Assembly: GCA_002633005.1 (NCBI GenBank)
Contig: NMRA01000030.1
Coordinates: 1,337,801 to 1,401,800, forward strand
Reading direction: 5' to 3'
From: Phoronis australis
Lineage: Eukaryota; Animalia; Phoronida
Length of the DNA stretch: 64,000 bases
Under the pieces are notes generated by a model. That model was not told the DNA's origin and ran no database searches. It saw nothing but the letters and a program-made list of their open reading frames with translations. The position numbers and the translations under genes were made by a program. This document shows positions 63,301-64,000 of the stretch, piece after piece. Within the stretch, counting starts at the first letter, position 1, and each line of letters begins with the position of its first letter.

Positions 63301-64000
63301 TCTTTGTATGTATGTGCTTGTTCAGTTTGCATGTTGTTTTTAAATACACTGATAATTGTTTATTCTTGAATTTTGTGCATAGCAGATTCTTATCCAGCTA
63401 GCTACAATTGAAAACATACTTTTCTTGCATGTGGAACTTTTGTTCATAGACAAGTTAACACAAAACTTAAAATTGTTCAAAGGTCTTCTTTAGAAAGCTG
63501 TAAAAATAATTACACACACAAACAAATCAAATGCAAACAAAAGGAATACTTCATTTTGATGGATGCACATTTCTATAGGTCAACAGGAAAATGACAATTT
63601 GCAAGCGTATTTGGTAATCACTTCAGGTTTATCAAGAATAAGCACAATTGCACTGTATGGGGCTTTAAAACTGAAGAAATATTGTGGTTTCAATAATTAG
63701 TGACAAACTTGCCTGTTGATGAAAAATTTATCCGATCATCAAAGTGTAACATTAACGGGCTTTCTACTGACAATAAGACAATCGATGCAGTCACTGAATG
63801 TCATTTCCCCATAATGTGTACCAAATTGAAAAGTTTTTACCATTAGTATAAAGCCTTTCTTCTGAAAAGAAAAGTTAATGTCGCTCAGTGAGAAAGGACA
63901 GGTATTTATACCAAATGCTTTTGGTTTTCATTCCACTGGCATCTAGTTTCAATGACCTATAGAAGCGCTTGTTCCAGTTTCGTTACGTGGCTTTCTTTCA

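Overview
AT-rich eukaryotic DNA, most likely a marine invertebrate animal (inference from spliced genes and the transposon repertoire). Three spliced protein-coding genes can be read. (1) POP7/Rpp20, the RNase P/MRP subunit (+; main exon 20963-21399, probable first coding exon 16.6 kb upstream). (2) A six-exon retinol-dehydrogenase-like SDR (+; 33408-42224). (3) A convergent eleven-exon type I membrane protein with a C-type lectin, four sushi/CCP domains, a TM helix and an acidic tail, i.e. selectin-like (-; 42679-60373). The rest is a dense nest of mobile DNA. It includes three copies of a TTAA-flanked Kolobok derivative keeping THAP and KolX-like first exons, a second Kolobok-like element with a decayed P2X7/nanor-like gene, a Penelope fragment bracketed by inverted hammerhead-ribozyme repeats, a young RNase H-bearing LINE fragment with a 12-bp TSD, Tx1, Crack/L2 and RTE-X remnants, Helentron-type HINEs, MITEs with 2-, 5- and 9-bp TSDs, and a 40-bp minisatellite built from a MITE end. 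All calls were made by eye; no searches were run.
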